From Chrysomallon squamiferum (Eukaryota > Animalia > Mollusca): a DNA stretch of 64,000 nt. The stretch spans positions 47,616,001-47,680,000 of the forward strand of contig CM022665.1 in the NCBI GenBank assembly GCA_012295275.1, read 5' to 3'. The stretch's first letter is position 1. Every line of letters starts with the position of its first letter. The position numbers and the translations under genes were made by a program. The notes under the pieces were generated by a model. The model saw only the letters and a list, made by a program, of their open reading frames with translations. It did not search any database and was not told the DNA's origin. Below are positions 56,792-64,000 of the stretch, one piece after another.

Positions 56792-58596
56792 TCTGTTTCA
56801 TCGTTTTCAAAGATCAGTTCACCGTTGACAACATCATAATCACGCCCAGCCTTGGCCGTACCATCTAAGGCGTGATACGGAACCTTAACAGTACCCCGTG
56901 CGCCAGACGATCTCACAACCTTCACGTTCATTTCCCCCACCGACTCGGTTATCGTTTCTTCGCTCTCGTTAAAATGAAAAATTCCCGGATGATCGTCATC
57001 TAATATCATAACGGTCGCCGTCAGAGGGTTCACAAGCTGAGCTTTGGCGTCCGTGTGTCCACTTTCGAACATGCCCTGCGAATCTCCAACTCTCAGGTTG
57101 CTGAGCCGCACGCAGAAGTGCTCGTCCTCCTCGAAGATGTCGTCATCGATGACGGTCACGGAGAACTGTTTGTGGGTTTCCGAGGGGTAGAAGACGAGGG
57201 TCCCTTCGGCGTGCTCGTAATCAGAGCCCGCGTTGGCGGTCCCGTCTTCCGTCTTGTAGTCGACGTACAGAGTTTTCTCCAGATCCCCTCCCTCTCGCGT
57301 CACCGTCAGGTTGAACGTGCCCACATTCTCCATCACCGTGTAGTGGCCAGGGTCGAAGTACACACGGGTGATTTCGGGGTCGTAGTGTTCGAGGTCCACT
57401 TTGATGTCTTCGAGGCTGGATTTTCGCTCTATTTTAGCTTTCTTGATGACCTTGCCTCCGCCTGTTAGTTTCCTGGTTGCTTGGATTCGATAGAAGGCCC
57501 TGCTTTTGGGACCACGGTTGATAGCCTCCAGTTCTGCCATCTCTTCTAAGGTCTTCATGTCGATATTTGGGTTTTTCTGTCTCAGTTCTCTAAGGATCTC
57601 GATGAACTGTGATCGATGCTGTTCAAAGTCACGAACGTCATCGTCTTCGGATTCCATTCCTTTGAAAACAACACCATCCTGTGTGAGGTGGTTGACTTTT
57701 CCGTCAGCAAGTTCAGAGTCACCTTCTGACTGAACAACTACTCCTTTTCTGCTGGCTCTATACTTTTTAGACAAAAATTTATAAATAAGTATTTTACGAT
57801 CAGCAATGTATGCTGTAATCACAGTTCCAGGGAAAAACAAAAATGTTAAAATGGCTTCCCAGACATGAACCTCACCAGGACTGGACACAGCAAGAATAAA
57901 ATACATCCACAAGTAAGCAAAAATACTCCATGAAGCAGTTATGAAAAAAACACGAAGATGTTTTATGCGTCTAACTTCACCGTCTGGTATGCACATGACA
58001 CATATTGACGTAATTACAAATAAATTAAATGCTGCACTGCCAACAATTGTGCTGGGACCCAGCTCTCCAGCTACAAAGTTATTACCACAAATTTCAATAA
58101 CAGATAGCAAAATTTCAGGAGCCGAAGACCCTAGAGCCATTAATGTCAAATTTGATACCGTTTCATTCCAAATCCTTACGTTAACAACAGTTGTCTGTCC
58201 GTTTGGTTTCTTTATAACAACCTCTCTTTCTTTGGAAGTAATTACTTCGATTGCTGCCATGAATCGATCAGCTATGATGGAAACTCCGAGGAACATGTAA
58301 ACCATTGCAACAAAATACACTGTGGCTCTGGCAGCTTTGTCACCCTCACTTAGGCCACCAATCGGTGTCCATAATGGCAATACAATGCCCTTCTCACACG
58401 GTGAAGCAAGCATCGTGCATTCTGTTGATACATTTTCAGAGTTTTTGTTGGGATTTAACGTTGACATCATACTGGTAGTTTGAGCTGTTGCTCCTGGTAT
58501 AAACTCAAAAAGAATTGTCACTGTTATTGCCAAACATCCTGATGTCCAGTGATTGGAACTATATCTAACCTGGTCAATAAAATTTCTAAATGCCAT
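56792..58596 (-). CDS. NCX: Na+/Ca2+ exchanger (SLC8/NCX family), large first coding exon: signal peptide, TM1-5, alpha-1 repeat, XIP, Calx-beta 1 (CBD1) and N-half of CBD2
   Basis: 602-aa ORF with NCX hallmarks: [20 protein letters not shown], alpha-1 repeat [25 protein letters not shown]-like [36 protein letters not shown]1 acidic motifs DDDIFEEDE and [11 protein letters not shown] context is CAACATGG. The ORF's TAA lies inside a perfect donor (ACA GA|GTAAGT), so the exon ends at 56792 in phase 2. Confidence 0.97.
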
Positions 58597-59500
58597 GTTG
58601 ATGAAGAAAGATTATCAGCACTCACACTTTCAGTAGAAGTATAAATTTATGTCTTAACCCTGACTACAAGTCTGTATTAGTGGACTGTGTGTCAATCAAT
58701 AGCAAGAGGTTATTTCACAATATTTCCACACGTGCCATATGTTGTTGCATTGTTTAATACAATAACGAAAAGGTGCAGTAGCAGCTCGCCCATACGTTTT
58801 ACAATTAAATTCGATTATGTGTTTATTTACCAAGATCAGTTGTGGCATGAAAGCAGAGTTATGAAATTAAAATGCACTAGCGAGAGTCCTACTTACTACT
58901 GTCTTATGCTATTCTATATTTAGTAAATGTGAGGCAAATCCACTCCCGTAACGAGCTGCTGTGTTTGTCAGCATCAGTTTACACTTCTGTTCTGAGGCGG
59001 TCGATTCCGATTCTAGTTGTATTCGTTTGGTGTTAGATCGCATACGGCAATTATGTACGATAAGCGTTGTTAAACTAACCTTTTTATCCCATTCGCCATG
59101 TTCACACCGCTAGTACAGTCTGATATTAAGTTGCTTACGAGAGCTGTCGATATGTGCGAAAAAAAAAAGAAAAGAAAAAATACTCACAAATCCAAAAACC
59201 GCAAGTGAAAACCGGTGTGTCAAAACAACACTAGTCAATATAGTGAATCCGATCTCTTTGAGAAAAAGAGGCTGATAGCTAGCAGGCAAAAACAACGAAC
59301 GAAAAGCAGACAACACTTATCTAACAAGCTGCAGCGTTTGGTCTATCCTCCACACATAACTGGAGAAAAATGCAGACGCTTCTATAGATGTGTCACATAC
59401 GCCTAGCACCAGCAGGCAAATCCTAGATCTGACAGAACACCTAAGAAATCATGCAGACGAATATATCGTTAACAGCGCCACCAGCATCAGGAGAAGATAA
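58597..59500 (-). promoter_or_regulatory. Putative 5' UTR / proximal promoter of NCX
   Basis: Non-repetitive, visibly CpG-rich stretch immediately upstream of the ATG. A CTCF-like TGCTGGTGGCGCTG lies at about 59473-59486. The TSS cannot be determined. Confidence 0.4.
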
Positions 59501-59726
59501 CTTTACCGATATTTATAGCATCATTATTCTAGCAGCACGACGATAGATTATTGAAAGTTTTATGTGTTGACTGAGATAAATAATTAAACGAAAGCTAAAA
59601 GATAATGAATGGACATGGTTTAATGTATAAATAAATTAAACTGTATTAATTTTAACTTGTAATGAAAAATTGATGATAAAGCTATTGTTTTGTTATTGTA
59701 AATTAGATTTCATTGTTATTTGTTAA

Positions 59727-59768
<42 letters not shown>

Positions 59769-60620
59769 TTATATATTCTCGTTGTTTCGCATCAAAGATT
59801 TATAATTCAGGTCTACATGTCATATATAAACAATAATAATAATAATTAATTAAATTGTGTCAGGGTTTATTCATTTCCTAAAGATTCGAAATAAATTATT
59901 TAGTTTGAAAAACTGATACATTACTTGCCTCATTTATACGACAGTGAATACATTTTTTTAAAAACATCAAAAAGTTTGAATGACAGGATGGTTTTTAACT
60001 CCTGAAACGAAGATTGTAAAATTTGAAAAACAAACGATTAAATAATAAATATATTCTTAATGTAGTTTTGAAAGGTGCATTTATTATATTTATTTATTTG
60101 TTTGTTTGTCCGTTTGTTTGTTTGTTTCTTTGAATTAGTCAGATTTTAGGTCATGGTCATGAACAAAAATATAAACTTACTGATAACGTACTGAACAAAG
60201 CGTAACGTAATAAGAGACTTTGTCTACATTTTAGCGTGGCTGAAGTTTAGGTTAAAAAAAGATCTGAAATACAAATTCAAAAGACCGGATTAAAAAAAGC
60301 ACAAGCCCCAATTAACTGGCTTAGAGTTCAAGTAAACAAACCCAGGAAAAAAAATAATAACAATGAAACGTTTGTGATCGTCAACCATAACAGTAGATAT
60401 ACGTCCTTGTAGGCGTGAATGAATATAATATTAAATTTCATGTAAGTGAAACAATATTTAGACTGACATCAGTTTTAAAAATATAAATAAAATGATCGAT
60501 TCATACTTTATATTGCTGAATTATGTTTTGGTTAATTTAACAAAACAGTTGATTTTGTTTGTTTAAGTCGCCAGTTTTTGGTTAATAAAATAAGATTCAC
60601 GAGTATACAAAGAGCCTAAT

Positions 60621-60665
<45 letters not shown>

Positions 60666-61114
60666 GAGCCTAAGGCACACACATACATTCTCTCTCTATC
60701 TCTCTAAAAACCTAATGCACAAATATACACTGTCTATCGTTCTCTGACTCTCTATTAGTTTGTACTGATTTCATTTCGTAAAGATAATAAACTGAAGATG
60801 TGGTCACTCAAATGATTTGCTATCAGAGTAAGTTTTGGATTTCAGTTATTCGCGTTAATCGAGATAATAATAATAAGGTATAAATTATATTATTTTGTAT
60901 TTGAAACTTACTGAATGTGAGTATTCAGAGTAAAAATAAAACCAGAATTAAATAAATAAATAAAAAATAAGTTTTAAAAAATGTTTTGAAAATAAAACTC
61001 GATAATCCGCTATTTTATAGTTCATAACATTATGTACACAACAGTTTCTACTTGCATTGTCGGAATAACGTGTGTCTTTGTGTCAATGTGTTTCTGGGTT
61101 GTTCTTTTTTTCGT

Positions 61115-61149
<35 letters not shown>

Positions 61150-61223
61150 TTTTTTTGATTTGATTTGATTTGATTTGATTTATTTATTTATTTATTTTTT
61201 GATATTATTATAATGATTTAAAA

Positions 61224-61257
<34 letters not shown>

Positions 61258-61750
61258 TGTTTATTTGTTTATTTGTTTATTTATTTATTTTATTATTATT
61301 TAGCTTCGATGTTTGTTTTTGTTTTTGTTTTGCTTTTGTTGTCTTGGGGTGTCAGCTATGCATACGTATGTTATGAATCATTTCTTAATACAACTGAACC
61401 GAACCATCAAACAATCACTGGTATTACAGCCACCTACAGAAACATTAATAATGTTTAACAAAAATGAATAAAAAAATATAAATCGAAATATAAAAAGAAA
61501 AAACATTTAATAATTTCTGAAATATATATAGTACAATATAAAATCTAAACAATGTTTGTGGTTATCACAGAGGTGAGAGGTTAGTGTCATTTCCGGAGTA
61601 AGGTCAAGTGACTACGTCATTACTTGATAAACACAAGAGGAAAACTCAACAAGTACTGCTGATGGAATTTAACCGGCTAGAACAGACAGTTAAATTAAAT
61701 ATAGTCGTTTACAATTTAAAATAAAAATAAATAAATAAATAAACAAAATA

Positions 61751-61972
61751 CAGATTGAGAATCCTTTATCGGAAATGCTTGGGACCGGAAGTGTTTCGGA
61801 TTTTGAGATAGATAATAACGAGGATTTTAGTGTAAACACAAATTCTAATTGTATTTCATATATATATTTCTGCAAAAACGAAACATTGGAAGAAGTTTCG
61901 GATTTCGGAGCATTTTCTGAAATAATTTAATGTTTTGAAATTTTCGACTTTTGGATAAAAGATCCAAACGAA
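61751..61972 (+). mobile_element. Non-autonomous Tc1/mariner-pogo (Tigger-like) MITE
   Basis: TA followed by CAGATTGAGAATCCTTTATCGGAAATGCTTGGGACCGGAAGTGTTTCGGATTT, with internal TTTCGGA repeats and a degenerate inverted end TTTTGGATAAAAGATCCAAACG. It resembles Tigger4/MER46 termini as recalled from memory. Confidence 0.7.
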
Positions 61973-62719
61973 TAATAATAATAATAATAATAATGATGAT
62001 GATGATGATGATACAAACAAGTTTTCTTCTAGATACTGTGATTTCATAGTCTGTAATCGAATCGTTGAGACTGATGTGAAATAACAAGATTTAATTTAAT
62101 CCTTCACTTAGAAGAGAGATTGCATCCAGGCTTTCTTATCAAAGAATATTTTTTAATTAACAGCAAAGTGTCGATTAAAATCGATTAATAATGAAAGAAA
62201 CCAGAATTTAATAGCTAACACACACAAAAAAAATCAAAAACAAAATCATGATAATGCTCATGTGCCTTGGTGCCCTAAATTACACTGTTTAATGGCTAAT
62301 CCTTGGGTGCGCTGTACGTTTGTGTTGTTCTGTGCACTTAAACGAGTTATTTCAGGATAGATGTTATCGTGTTTATTCTTTAGCTCTAGAATTTTTTTGT
62401 ATTATGTATTCATTATAGAAAAAATTAATGATCTTGAAAATCACCACTTATCACAAACACGCGCACACGCACATAATGAAAACGAGTGCACTTTCGTGTT
62501 ACAAGATAATGCGTTAATGATTATGACACGTATGAATTCTGGTCTACATTTACACAGATAATGTTTGTTATTTATATCTTATAAGAACATATACAATTAT
62601 GCATCAGCATGAACTAACGTACGACAATTTCGGGGCTTGCAACAAATAACTAATATTTTGCAGCAAACTGGTTCCAGGTGTTTCTATCCTAGTCACCAAA
62701 GTACCGTGATGAATTCTGA

Positions 62720-63029
62720 TGACGTCACTGCATTCCGTACACTGGTGCCAGTGATGTGTTAACGTTCTTGTCTTCTTTAGTGAATGCGAATCACATTTCC
62801 TATTAACAGTGTTCTTGCTGTGTTTATTACTCCCAACGTAATGAAAATGATATTTTCTCTGTATCTATCTTACTTACCAGTTACATATATTTAATAAATA
62901 TATATATATATAATTTATTTTTCTCCTTATTTTTCTTTAGATAACTGTTTGTTCATATGTTATTAGAGTTTACTGATGGAAATAGAATTAAAAGAAAAAT
63001 GATGAGTTTATAACAAGGGAAGTGACGTC
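62720..63029. promoter_or_regulatory. CRE palindrome and ETS-CRE composite motif
   Basis: TGACGTCA at 62720-62727 and GGAAGTGACGTC at 63018-63029, in CpG-retaining upstream DNA. Confidence 0.3.
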
Positions 63030-63744
63030 CTGTTACTGCAGATCGTTTTATATAAACCAGCTTATTACAGTATTGAACATGCGACCGAGTCAATGCCCTT
63101 TACGCAAATATAAAGTAATATCGTTTACGATGACGGACATCATGCTTCTATATTAGCTTCTTCGTGATAATTAGTGCAGCGTATTATGACGTTATTAATG
63201 GTCAGAACAGCTCATCAGCTCTCTTGATTGACCATTGTTGAAGAGAAATTTTCGCCATTTAGTTATCAGATGGCTCAAAATAACAAAATGATGAAGGAAT
63301 TATTTGATACTGCTGTTTATGAAATTCTATGTTATAGATTAAAGAAGCCCATTAATAAACATATTTTATGTATAAACAACATTTCAGGAATAAAGGAATG
63401 CCTGAAGCAAATCGAAAAAAAAAAAAAAAATAACACTGCATGAGTGAAACATAAATGTAAAGGATATATATCTTTCTTCTTCTTCTTTTTTAACCTAAGC
63501 TTTGCTTATTTAATAAAATTAAAGCAGATAATTAATAATTAAAAAAAAAAAAAAAAAAAAAACTGCAAATAATAATACGATCCATACACTCTTTTAACAA
63601 ACAAACAAACAAAAAAAAAAAAAAAAAAAAGAAAGAAGAAGAATGAAGAAGACGAGAATATATTTTAGCTGAAATGATTTTTCTGATTTTTTTTTTTTTT
63701 TTTTTCTTTTTATTTTATTATTATTATAATTTTTTTTTTTTTCA

Positions 63745-63783
<39 letters not shown>

Positions 63784-64000
63784 CATTTTTTTTTTTTTTT
63801 TGAATGAAAATATCGGACAGAAAATCCGTTGCTGCGATTTCAAGACCTAGACATCGACTAACATTAAGGATCGTCATTAAACATCTTTCTACAGTCAGGA
63901 GACTGGATCGTAAATTTTAATAATAAGGAGTTAGCAACTGTTGTGAAAGCAGTATAAGTCATTCTAGGCCTGTTTTTATCTTTTTAAACAAAACCCTGCT

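Noticed and set aside
57055-58300. Plus-strand ORFs of 137, 75 and 119 aa
   Set aside because: Antisense shadows of the NCX exon, favoured by its codon bias. No recognisable protein features.

Overview
AT-rich, microsatellite-dense animal genomic DNA. It is probably molluscan (gastropod-like), judged only from the exchanger sequence and from SINE-like repeats recalled from memory. The window holds the 5' part of one minus-strand gene, a Na+/Ca2+ exchanger (NCX/SLC8 family). A ~1.8 kb coding exon (58596-56792) encodes the signal peptide, TM1-5 with the alpha-1 repeat, XIP, CBD1 and half of CBD2. It splices across a 39,020-bp intron to a 101-nt CBD2 exon (17771-17671) that the ORF track misses. 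The rest of the gene continues beyond position 1. The remaining sequence is intronic or upstream: degenerate tRNA-SINE fragments, a Tigger/pogo-like MITE, about 20 minisatellites, many microsatellites, and short CpG-retaining islands that may be regulatory. Nearly all other ORFs in the track are repeat artefacts. I found no CRISPR array, RNA gene or clearly new gene system. The best leads are candidate frame-preserving microexons in the NCX alternative-splicing region, the CBD2 Ca2+-ligand signature, and a sharp GC shift inside the giant exon.
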